DNA of 64,000 nucleotides from a virus (taxonomy: Duplodnaviria; Caudoviricetes): IMG/VR virus record IMGVR_UViG_3300017569_000030, positions 1 through 64,000 of that record, one strand, 5' to 3'. Position 1 is the stretch's first letter. Every line of letters starts with the position of its first letter. The notes under the pieces are model-generated. The model was not told the DNA's origin and ran no database searches. It saw only the letters and a list, made by a program, of their open reading frames with translations. A program made the translations under genes and the position numbers. Shown in pieces: positions 32,977 through 44,171 of this stretch.

Positions 32977-34742
32977 GACAAAAAGGTTTAAAGGCTGATT
33001 ATAAACCAACTTCTACACATAAAGATGTAATTTATATTACAACTGACACTAATGAAATTCTATTAAATAATTAGCCTTATATTTTAGATATTGATGATCC
33101 TACTGAAATATTATCAAATTAGCATTTAGTTTTAGCTAACACTGGAAAAGGAGTTACAAAAGGTAAATGGGAGAATATTTCAGAAATTGATCCAAAGCTA
33201 TAGTAGCAATTATTAGATGAATACGCTTATGGTGTTGAATGGAATTTTGAAACATCTTCTGACCCGCATTTAACTAGAGTAGGTAATCTTACAATGCATA
33301 AGACACTTCCTATTTAGTCTAAATTAAAAGGATGTGTTGCACAAGCAGATCAAATTATGTATTGGCTAAATGAAGAAGATTGGAGATTCAAGAAAGCTCC
33401 CACGACTCTTGCTGATCAAACTCTTTCAGTAGCCGATGGAGTTTATACTATTGTTAATGATGTTTTCTCCACACTTCAATATGAAAACCAGTATATAAAA
33501 GTTAATGATATAGCTTGTAAAGTTACAGCCATAGATACAACAACTTCAACTGCAACTCTTTCTCCAGAAGAAGATATTGAAGCAGGTACTTATGATGTAG
33601 AACTTGGTGCTGTTCTTAACGGATATGATGGGACAGTACGAGTATATATCCCTGCCTTCTATATTAAATCAGTATCTGAAGATACTGTTAGACAGGTATG
33701 GTTATCAACAGTTAAAATAGATGATACTTGGACATACTAGCCTTCAATTCTAGTTGATGCATATAGATGTACAGTACTTAATACCGTTCCTACAGACTTT
33801 GGTTATCTCTCTACACTTCCAGTAAATAGTGCTATTTCTGTAGTGAATGTGAAAGATTACTGCCGTGGAGGCAATAATCGAAGTACATATGACACTTACC
33901 TTACAGACGATCCAAATAGAACTGATTTAGGCAAACCTCGTACTAATATAGGTAGATCTTCTATGAGGACTTATGCACAGAATGTAGGGAACTATATGAT
34001 GTCTTATGATGAGTATAAGAATATATTTTACTGGTTATATGTAGTTGAATATGCAAACTTTAATAGCCAAGAGGCGTATAATGCAGTTCTAACAGATGAT
34101 GGATATAAACAAGGTGGATTAGGAAATGGAGTAACAACCTGGGGTTATACATAGTGGCAGTATTATAACAATGCATGTCCTCTTACTCCTTGTGGATATG
34201 GTAACAAACTTGGAAATGGCACAGGTGTTATTGGTTTAGTAACACCAGAATTTATAAGTGGAACAAGTACAGTTGCTACTCATACCTTTTCAATGCCTCG
34301 TTGGAGAGGATTTGATAATCCATTCGGAGATATTTGGACAAATCTAGATGGCATTATAGTTGACAATGATGTAGATAATCACGCAAATAATATGTGCTAT
34401 GTATATACTTGCTCTGATCATACTAAGTGTGCAGATACTATTACTTCTGATTATATTAAAACAGGTGAACAACTATATTCATGTGGATATATTAAAACAT
34501 TTGATTTAGGAGATGCTGCACATATTATTCCTAATGCTGTAGGTGGCAATACTACATAGTATATTTGTGATTATAATTGGGTAAGTAATAAGAATACTAC
34601 TTTGAAGACGGTGATTGTGGGCGGCGGCGCGTATAGCGGTGCTATTGCTGGTCTCGGCGACTTCAATTCGGTTAATGCGGTCTCGGCTGCTTGGGCGATT
34701 GTTGGCTTTCGGTCGGTCTCTTCCTTTATGTCTGTTGTCTAA
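32964..34742 (+). CDS. DGR target 2, paralog of target 1 (code 15, 592 aa)
   Basis: Same N-terminus (KIRQKGLKADY..KDVIY.TTDT), DPHLTRVGN, YVVEYANFNSQ, PRWRGFDNPFGD, VR2 at the C-terminus. Confidence 0.88.
34611..34740 (+). repeat. DGR variable region VR2
   Basis: 130-bp copy of TR2 with 15 mismatches, all at TR adenines. Confidence 0.95.
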
Positions 34743-34842
34743 TGGATGGTGTAAAAAGGATAGTGTAAAAAGAGTAAAATAATATTTAAGGAAAATAAAA
34801 TAGTATAAATAATATAGGAAAATAGGTGTTTTCCAATAAAAC

Positions 34843-34888
34843 CGAAGAAAGCGGATAGGAGTACCCAATCTCCTATCTACGCCCTTCG
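34843..34888 (+). other. Hairpin between VR2 and TR2
   Basis: cgaag..gcg-gataggag-tacccaat-ctcctatc-..cgc..cttcg. Confidence 0.55.
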
Positions 34889-34963
34889 TAGGAATATATC
34901 TACGACATAAGACAGCTGGAGTGATAAAAAAGTTGTTTTATTGTTGCACAAAACACAATCAAA

Positions 34964-35093
34964 GTGATTGTAGGCAGCAACGCGAATAACAGTGCTAATG
35001 CTGGTCTCAGCAACTTCAATTCGAATAATGCAGTCTCGGCTGCTTAGGCGATTGTTGGCTTTCGGTCAGTCTCTTCCTTTATGTCTGTTGTCT
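34964..35093 (+). repeat. DGR template region TR2
   Basis: A-rich counterpart of VR2, followed by the same TGCCACTWGGCAAAA spacer motif as TR1. Confidence 0.93.
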
Positions 35094-35260
35094 TTTTGAA
35101 AAATGTGTTTTATATTTTTAAATTTTTGTAAGATATATTTCCTTGCCACTTGGCAAAAGATGACATAAAGACCTCAATTTTGAGGATGAATCTGTGTTAG
35201 TAACGTAAGTGAATACTCGGTATTACACTCTTTTCAGTAAAAAATAATTTAAATAGATAT

Positions 35261-35884
35261 ATGAAGAGGATAAACAATTTATATTCTCAAATATACAAAA
35301 CTAAAAATATTTTCCTAGCTGATAAATGTGCTAGAAAAGCTAAGAGAAATAGTTATGGAGTAAAAGATATAACTTTTAAATATGAAATTCCAATTAATGG
35401 CTCTGCAACAGGTGAAATTCCAAATGATGTAACAGCATCAGTTCCAAGATGGAGAGGTTTTGATAATTTCTTTGGGGATTTAGAGACTAAATTTAATTAT
35501 TTATGGGCAACTAATAAAACAGAAGATGGCAAAACTCGTATTACTGATATTTAGGGTAATTATTATACAGTAGATTCTGGTTATGGTCCTGTTAATTCTT
35601 TTTATTTAGGTAAAACAGCAGAAATTATTCCTAAAGCATGTGAAGATGAGGTAAGCAGTAATACTTATACTTGTTTATGTGTAAATTTTTCGGACGGCGA
35701 TCTTAGCATTTATTCTAATATTGAAGCTTCAGTATTTCTCTTTCCAACATCTTCCCATTACCTCGGTATAGTCTTTTATTAGAATAAATATGAGGCTTGT
35801 ACTCGTAATGAATATGCAATCGGAGAACATATTTATGATACTTGTCCAGTTTTTACTTCTTATATTGAGTACGTAGAGCCATAA
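35261..35884 (+). CDS. Chimeric ORF: N-terminal 35 codons of a DGR RT fused to a target-like domain (code 15, 207 aa)
   Basis: MKRINNLYSQIY..SYGVK resembles the RT start MKRIDNLYDKIC..QYGVR; then VPRWRGFDNFFGD and SSNTYTC as in the targets. Confidence 0.75.
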
Positions 35885-35905
35885 TGTAGCATAACTTTTA
35901 TAAAT

Positions 35906-36619
35906 ATGTACACAGCAATAAAAATAAATTCAATAACTAAACCAGATACTTTTATTAATTTAAATAATGGAATTTGGTATTATAACTTTAATATTACAGA
36001 AGAAACTGTAACAGTATATAATGAAACAGGAGAAGATAAGCAAACTAGATATACTTGGGTTCAAGTAAGAATTAAAGGTACTCCAACTCTTGAAAAATGT
36101 TAGGAAGCTATACTTAAAGCATTTAAAAATGAAGATGGAAATACTCTTTATTCTCTTCTAACTATTGATCGTACCTCTACTGATCAAATAGAGGATATTA
36201 TATATAATATTAAAGTAGATTTTGGTCAAGAAGTAGCTTTATCTGAAGTTGATCAAGCTAAAAAAGATATTACAAGGAAAATAAGTGAGTATGATACTTC
36301 AACAAATGTTAATTCTTTCTTTCTAAATGGAATACAAGTTTGGTTAGATAAAAGTACTAGAGTAGGGTTAATGAACTCACTTACTATAGAAAAAGAAGCA
36401 GGTAAAACTGAATCTACTTTGTGGTTTAATAATATTAGTTTAACAATTAATATAGAAGCTGCCATGTAGATGTTGAGTTCTTTGGAAATATATGCATTAG
36501 AATGTTATAATCAAACTGCTACACATAAAGCTGCAGTTGAAGCTCTTACCACTGCAGAAGAAATAAATAATTATGATTATACAACTGGTTATCCAGAAAA
36601 ATTAACATTCTCAATCTAA
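35906..36619 (+). CDS. DUF4376-like tail-fibre-associated protein (code 15)
   Basis: YDTSTNVNSF..WLDKSTRVGL..LEIYALECYNQT..H..YDYTTGYPEKL. Confidence 0.75.
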
Positions 36620-37086
36620 TGTTTTCAACTATATGCTTAATTTTATCCTTTTTAATCTGGGTAAGTTATATCATATATGTATATGTTAAATATAAACCAG
36701 ATAGTATTTCTAAAAGTTATTATTTAACAAAAAATAGAAATACATTTACTTGTTGGATTATATTAATTTCTATTTTAATATTTCCAATATGGGTAGAAAT
36801 AAGCCCTGTAAACTTTTAGTTTTTACCATTTTTATCTATTATTTCTTTAATAATAGTTGGTGTATGTCCGCGTTATTTAGAATCTGATAGAACAATTCAT
36901 ACTGTTGCTGCAATAGTAACTTGTGTATTGTCTATTATATGGAATATATTAATTGAACTCTATTTTATTCCAATAATTTTATTAGTAATTATAGGAGTAT
37001 TATATTTATTATCTGTTTCAGATACATTTTTTTGGATTGAATGTAGTGCATTTTTAAATATCTACCTTTCAATTATACTTTACTAA
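36619..37086 (+). CDS. Multi-pass membrane protein (code 15)
   Basis: Several hydrophobic segments; PDSISKSYY. Confidence 0.7.
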
Positions 37087-37115
37087 TCCGATCTATTTTT
37101 AGGTCGGATTTTTTG
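37086..37115 (+). terminator. Intrinsic terminator
   Basis: atccgatcta-tttt-taggtcggat-tttt. Confidence 0.75.
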
Positions 37116-37282
37116 TTTTTAACAGTTATTAACATAATCTGTCTTGGTTTTGTAAAATTAATGTAATATATTTACGTCATACAATTTTGTTACAAAATTG
37201 TTACACTATGCATAGTAGATATATAAGATTAAATTTTTAGTATCAGAGATAAGTTATGTTTTAATAATTCATAATTAAATTT

Positions 37283-38173
37283 ATGACAGACAGTAAAGTT
37301 TATATGTTTCCCGAGTCGGGAAATAATAATGGTAGTCTTATAGGTATGTTAGCTCCATTACTTTAGTAGAAAGGTATAGATCCTAATATACTTTTAGCCA
37401 TGCGAAATAATAATGGGTTTGAAGGTAGTTGGTTTATATGGATTATCCTATTATTCATTATTATGGGATATGGAGGGTTTGGAAATCGAGGTACTGGAGA
37501 ACTTGCTAATTAGATTAATAATGATTATGGAAGAGATCTTTTACTTTAGGCTATTAATGGAAATGGTACTGCTATTTCTTAGTTAGCTACTACTCTTAAT
37601 TGTGATGTTAATTCTTTGCAAACAGCAATCAATGCTCTTAGTTCAGGATTATCTCAGGTAGGAAATCAAGTAGGGCTTACAGGACAACAAGTAGTAAATT
37701 CCATTCAGAACGGTAATCAACAGTTGGCTGCACAAATAGCTCAATGTTGCTGTGATAATAAATTGTTAATAACAAATCAAGGATATGAAACCAGGATTGC
37801 TACATTAGAACAAACTAATCAATTAGGATCTAAAGTAGATGGAGGTACAAGTTCTATCACTAATGCAATAATTAATCAAACAGCATTGATTAATGACAAG
37901 TTTTGTGCTCTTGAAATGCGTGATATGTAGGCAAAAATTAATCAATTACAAGAGGAAAAGAGTACATTACAAAGTCATATTAGTAACGCAAACCAAACAT
38001 CACAAATTCAGTCTTATATAGCAAGTGTAGTTAATCCAATTGCTTAGGAAGTTAACGCTATTAAATCTGCACAACCTGCAACTGTTACATTGCCATATTC
38101 TTGTGCTACTGCTGTCCCAACTGCTTGGGCTGCACAATATGGGTTGGGTACTACATACGGCTATTGGGGATAA
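37283..38173 (+). CDS. Conserved Bacteroidota-phage protein with a membrane segment and Gln/Asn-rich coiled coil (code 15, 296 aa)
   Basis: WFIWIILLF..GGFG; QLAAQIAQCCCDNK; DKFCALEMR. Confidence 0.8.
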
Positions 38174-38187
38174 GAAAGGAGGTAAGT

Positions 38188-38517
38188 ATGGCTTTACTAA
38201 ATCCTTTTATATGGTCTAATAAAGGTGGAATACCAAGACTTGAAGCTACAAGTGTTTCAGTAGGAACATCTAATGTAACATTCAGTTTTCAACCACATAA
38301 CTTTTTAAGTGTTCCTTATTCAGGGTTAATACTGTTCAAGCTACCTTCTTATACAGCTCCAACTACTGCTGTTCCCGTAGTGTTTAATACAAATGGTAAG
38401 ACACAGGCTGTAACAACAATAAATGGAGAAGAGGTAACTTCTGCGGAGCTTAATGGTTCGGGAATATATTTAGCCTATTATGAAAATGGAACATTGTAGA
38501 TATTAACAGGTATTTAA
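38188..38517 (+). CDS. Hypothetical beta-rich protein (code 15)
   Basis: SNKGGIPRLEAT; open frame. Confidence 0.7.
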
Positions 38518-38519
38518 TT

Positions 38520-38984
38520 ATGTTTTCAGCTTTACGATAGGGAAGTACAATATATATACTAGAAAAAGGTGAAACTCCTATATTAAAAATCGGTCAAGTA
38601 ATAGGTGTAACACATCCATCTTATAATAGTTTTCTAACAGTAGATATTACTGTAAAAGCTAATGAATAGTAGTTAGACTTTAAAAATGTTCCTAGCTCAC
38701 AATCTACTACAGTCTATAATAATGTTATTATTACTGAAACTAAAGAGCTAATGATAACCGAAATTGAAAATATGATGTAGGCAAGTAGAAATATTATAGA
38801 TAGTGTGCATTACCATACTAATATTGTATCTTCATGTGAGAATATTTTAAGGGAATTAAATCCCAGATTTGCTAAAGAAAAAGAACGAGATGAAGATATA
38901 AATAATTTAAAAATAAAGATAGGAGGTATTGAATCTAAAATGGATGAAATTATTGACTTACTATCTAAAGATAATTTAAATTAA
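38520..38984 (+). CDS. Hypothetical protein (code 15)
   Basis: MFSALRQGSTIYILEKG..LNPRFAKEKERDE. Confidence 0.7.
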
Positions 38985-38985
38985 T

Positions 38986-39162
38986 ATGAACGGATATATT
39001 GAAATAAAAGAGGATTCCTACGAGGACACAATTGAACATCTTACAAGAATTAAGAAGTTAGCTTGTAAGTTAATTAAAATGTTAGCAGAACATTCAGAAG
39101 TATATGATGAAGATACAGAAGAAACTACTAGTCGCCGCAGAAGTGGTAGATATAGTTATTAA
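38986..39162 (+). CDS. Small hypothetical protein
   Basis: 58 aa; followed by the hairpin aggcggaa..ttccgcctttttt. Confidence 0.6.
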   Translation: MNGYIEIKEDSYEDTIEHLTRIKKLACKLIKMLAEHSEVYDEDTEETTSRRRSGRYSY

Positions 39163-39202
39163 TTCTATTTAGGCGGAACATTAAGATTCCGCCTTTTTTA
39201 TT

Positions 39203-39571
39203 ATGAAAGAGGATTTTACTAAATATGATATAAAACCAGAAGCTTTTCTTAATTATTTGAGATATTACGGAGAACATTTTAATAATAAATTATGTGAGTT
39301 TGCTTGTGGTATGAAGGATTATAATAAAGAAAAACTAAATATACTATTATAGGCGAATAAAATTGAACTACCAGATGCTAAATTAAATGATGCAGTTTAT
39401 TTAGCTAATTGGTGTAAATCAGTTTTATTTGGATCTAGTATATAGGATGAAAAACATTTAGTTCTATTTTTAAAAGATATATTTGAAAAGGAAGGGGATC
39501 TTATTTTTAATAGATGGTATGCTGATATGGCAAAGAAAGGAATACCTATTGAATGGGAAGAAATGATTTAA
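39203..39571 (+). CDS. Conserved hypothetical protein (code 15)
   Basis: YLRYYGEHFNNKLCEFA..DAVYLAN..FNRWYADM..GIPIEWEEMI. Confidence 0.75.
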
Positions 39572-39595
39572 TTTAATGCCTAATGTTCAATTTAA

Positions 39596-39627
39596 TTTGG
39601 ATATTAGGCATTTTTTATTTATATTTA
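39596..39627 (+). promoter_or_regulatory. Bacteroidota-type promoter
   Basis: TTTG-N20-TATATTTA. Confidence 0.6.
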
Positions 39628-39703
39628 CAGTATGGATAAATGTGTAAAAATCATTAAAGAATAAAAGATGTTAATTTATAAAAAGTTATAAAAATAGAGG
39701 AAT

Positions 39704-40153
39704 ATGAAATTATTACTGAAAAGAATTGCAAAAAAGAGTAAATATACAATTGGACGTTTATATATAGATAATGAGTATTTCTGTGATACTATTGAAGATA
39801 CAGATAGAGGTCTTACTTAGTCTATGTCCTTATCAGAAATATAGAAAATTAAAGTGAAGAATGAGACAGCTATCCCTACTGGAACTTATACTGTTACTAT
39901 GAATGTAGTTAGTCCTAAATTCAAAAATAAAACATGGGCTAAGCCTTATGGTGGTAAGGTTCCGAGACTTTTAAATGTTCCTGGCTATGAGGGAATCCTT
40001 TTGCATCCTGGCTCAGACCAAGACAGTAGCAGCGGGTGTCTTATCGTGGGATAGAATAAAGTTGTTGGTAAAGTGGTTAACTCTCAAGCAACTTTTCATA
40101 AATTAATGTCTCGATTAAAGGGGATTAAAACAGCAATAATTACAATTCAATAA
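39704..40153 (+). CDS. DUF5675-family protein (candidate peptidoglycan enzyme/endolysin; code 15)
   Basis: LLKR..YTIGRLYID..FCDTIED..TAIPTGTY..GILLHPG..GCLIVG. Confidence 0.8.
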
Positions 40154-40155
40154 TT

Positions 40156-43047
40156 ATGTCCGATCAAATAAATTTATTTGGATAGAATCATAATCAAGTT
40201 GGAACTACTAAAGCAGGATTAATACTTAGAACATCTGGAAGTGTAAAAATATAGTGGGGAAATAAATTTATTGATTTGTTAAAGAACGGTAAATTAAATG
40301 TTGATTCTACTTGTATTTTTAAAGCAGATTCAGTTGGAACAAAGGACGGCATATATGTTATTGAAGGTGAAGATGGTTCTGATGTTATTCTTTCAATAAA
40401 AGGCGAACAAATTCCTTTATTAACTGAATCTACGAATACTTATGTTTCATTTTTAACTGCTTAGGAAACTACTGCTGATTAGAAATATTAGGCATTAACT
40501 AATATAGGTTTTCTTTATAAAGATTTATCTAGTTTAACTGAAAGTAGTTTACAAAATGGTATAGTTTATATTGAATCTGAACAAAGATTATATATTATTA
40601 AAGATGGGGCTGCTTCACAATATGTATTAGATATTCCAAATCCATATACTAAATAGTTTGTAATTGCTAAGATAGAAGACAATATTGGCTCTTTAGTTAT
40701 TCAAGGACAAGGTATAAATAATTCCATAGCTTTTGATCATTTTTATATATATGATACTGGTGATGGATGTGCTATACAAATGAATAGTACAGACGTAGTA
40801 AATATTACTCAAGATACAACCCAATTTAGTAATACAGTTGTTACTAATAAAATACAATCAGATGGTGCTACTGCTGGTGTTGGATATAGGTTGTATTTAT
40901 TAGGTTCAGAATCTACATTAGAAGTTGATAATTTAATTGTAAGAAATGGTTTCTCATCAAATAATTCAGAAGTAATTTATCCAACATATTGGTATTATTC
41001 TACTAATATTATTAATTCTGCTGAACTGACTGATGAAGGTTTAATATTAAATCTTAAATATACTAATAATTACTAGGCTGAAGATCTTTTATATGTATTT
41101 TATGAAAAAGAAATAGAAGAAACAATAAAAGAGGAAACAGATGATGGATCAGAAGATGGAGAAATTGTAACATCAACAGAACTTATATAGCTTTAGTTAG
41201 AAGTCGTTGAATTAGGTGATAATGCTATTATAGTTAAAACAGATGAAGATACTCCAGAAGTTAATGCATTAACAGGAAAAACTGTATTTCTAATTAAAGG
41301 TGAAGGAATATTACGCAGAAATTCTAGTAATTTAGATATTATATCTGCTACAACTTTTGAGGAAGAACAAGATGTTGTAAATATTAATTCTAGAATAGGA
41401 AATTTAACAGAACTGTCTTTATAGGGGATTGATAATGAATCTTCAGTAGATATATCTGGATATGGTATTTATTCTAAAAACTTAGTAGCAGAAGCAGCTT
41501 AGTATCAATCAACTTATAATCTTCCAGATGACGATAATTCTTCTAAATTTGCATCTACTGAATGGGTTAAAAAAGTTGTAAATTCTGAGATTCAAAGTGA
41601 AACTGTTGCATAGGATTTTACTACAGATGTTGTTGATTTTAATATTGTAGATTATTTATCTCAACAGTTTATAATGGATATTGTGAATGCACAAGCAGTT
41701 AATACTTCTACCGCTTACAAAGGGTATCACGGATATGTAACGGTAACTAATGCTAATGAGAGCGTTACTATATCTGGATTAATTAGATCTAAATTAAAAG
41801 ATGGTACTTACTCTTATCGTACTATTACAGGAATTTGGGATGGTACAAAATGGATTGGAACTGCTAGTTACTTAATTAAAGATCAATTTAATCCTGGGTA
41901 TTACTGGAGTTCAGAAAAAACTGATGATAACACTCCCATCTTTCCTACTTATATTGGTACTACCATACAGAATTATACTATTTCTGAACAAATTCCTTAT
42001 ATTTGGTACACTAATGATGGGAATACTTGGACTTTACTTTATTATTATATTAATCCTGAATCAGCAAAACTTTATATAGCATCAACATTAATGGCACCTC
42101 ATTTAAATTCTGATGGGACTACTACAAATTGGATGGGTGGATTTATAGCCTATTGTAAAGCTAATGGAGATAGTTATACAGTAGCTGAAAATGATTATAT
42201 AGTAGGCAATTTTATTCCAGCTATAAACGAATTATCAGAAATTGATTTATCCAAATTGCCTAGATTAACTGCTGATGCAATTCCTGGTTATATTCCAAAT
42301 ATTATAGGATATAAATATATATGGAGTATTAAAGGAGATGCAACAGATTCTGAAAAAACAGATATTAATAATTGGACTTTAGAATCCAGTTTTGGAACTA
42401 TATCTGGTTTAAATCACATGAATATTGGAGAAAATTCTGGAACTGTTAATGCTTGTGTTATATCTAATCATAGATGGGTTAAATATGATCCTAATACAAA
42501 AATAGTAACAGAATGGTTATATCCTACTAGTACAGGTGTAGAATATTGGAGTGATATACAAGGAACTCCTGATAATTGGCAAAATTCTACATGGAGAAAA
42601 TATTTTTTAATGAATATTTTAAGAAGGTGGTTAGATTTAAATATTCAATTTTATGATACTAAATGGGGATTTACTTTTAACTGGTCTGGAGAATCCAGCT
42701 GTTTTAATATATCTGGATATACAAATATTGCTACTGGAGAAATAACTACTCCAAGTTCTGACGCGGATGATAATGATAGTTTTATTCCCACTTCTAAGTT
42801 ATGGTTGCTTACTGGAGAAGTTTGTGATTATGGATATAAAGCAAATTTCTATTTTAAAAATCTAGAACTTGGAAAGATAATGGAAAATGTAGGTTTAGCA
42901 AATCAAAATAGTGAAATAGAAAAAGGAACAATTGTTGAAACTACTGCTTATGATATTAAAGAAGCTGATGATTATGCTATTATAGTAACTGATATGAAAA
43001 CTGGAAAGCAATACTTTATAAGTAGTAACGGAACAGTCACAAAATAA
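40156..43047 (+). CDS. Large structural protein (code 15, 963 aa)
   Basis: Track fragments all in one frame, joined by TAG only. Confidence 0.7.
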
Positions 43048-43072
43048 TAATTTTTAAAATTCACTATATTAA

Positions 43073-43104
43073 TTTGGAATTTGTGTTTAAAAAGATTATA
43101 TTTA
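43073..43104 (+). promoter_or_regulatory. Bacteroidota-type promoter of the capsid operon
   Basis: TTTG-N20-TATATTTA. Confidence 0.65.
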
Positions 43105-43128
43105 CCTAACTAATAAAAATTATGAATT

Positions 43129-44160
43129 ATGGAAGAAGGAATTAATGATTTAGACTTTTTAGATGAAGTCGATGATTTTGACACAGGTGAAGACACCAAT
43201 TCACAAAATAATTTAGAATAGGAAAATTCTGGTGAAGAAAGTAATCCTATTTTTAATCCAGATGAAGTAACGAGCGATGAATCTCTTATTTCTTCATTGT
43301 TACAATTGAAAGGAATAGATGATAGATCCAAAATTAAGTTTGAAAATGAAGAAGGATCTATAGAAGAAGTAGATTGGAACACATTAAGCAATGAAGATAA
43401 AGTTAATATTTTGAAATCGGATGATCAAAATAATGACTTAGATGATTCTGAAATTCAGTTAATCAATTCTATTCGTAATAGTGGTATGTCTCCTGCAGAA
43501 TACTTACAATATGTCACTAATGATGGAATTAACCATTATATACAAAATAACCAATCAAATGGTTATCAGTTTACGGTTGACCAATACAGTGATGAAGATC
43601 TGTTTAAAGCAGATTTTATAAGTAGAATGGGAGATGTTACTGAAGAAGAAGCTCAAGAGGCTCTTGAAAAAGCACAATCTAATGAAACTTTATTTAAGAA
43701 ATAGATTGATGCTATTAGAAAAGAGTATAAAACGATTGAGGAAGAGAATCTTAGATAGGAGCAAATAAGTCAAGAACAAATAGCTCAAGAACAATATGAT
43801 CAATTTGCTAATCAAATTGGAGATGAAATAAGTAATTTTACAGAATTTTCTGGGTATGATTTAAATTTAGAAAATGATGATATGCAAATGCTGTATGATT
43901 TCATAACAGGAACAGATGCAGCAGGTAATAATTATTTTGCTAAAGCATTATCAGATCCGAAAACTCTTGTACAAGCAGCTTGGTTCACTTTGAATGGTCA
44001 GCAAATGATAAATGATATAACAGAGTATTTTCAAAAAGAAATTACCAAAGTAAGAAAAGAAAGTTATGAAAAGGGTAAATTAGATGCAAATAAACCTACT
44101 AATACTGTCTATCGCAATAAAGGACATTAGTAGGAAGATTATAATTTAGACGATTTTTAA
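43129..44160 (+). CDS. Acidic protein upstream of MCP (candidate scaffold; code 15, 343 aa)
   Basis: Very acidic; LKGIDDRSKIKFE; ALSDPKTLVQAAWFTLNG. Confidence 0.7.
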
Positions 44161-44171
44161 TTAGAAATAAT

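Noticed and set aside
35600-35884. A third VR in the RT-fusion ORF
   Set aside because: No alignment to TR1 or TR2 visible.
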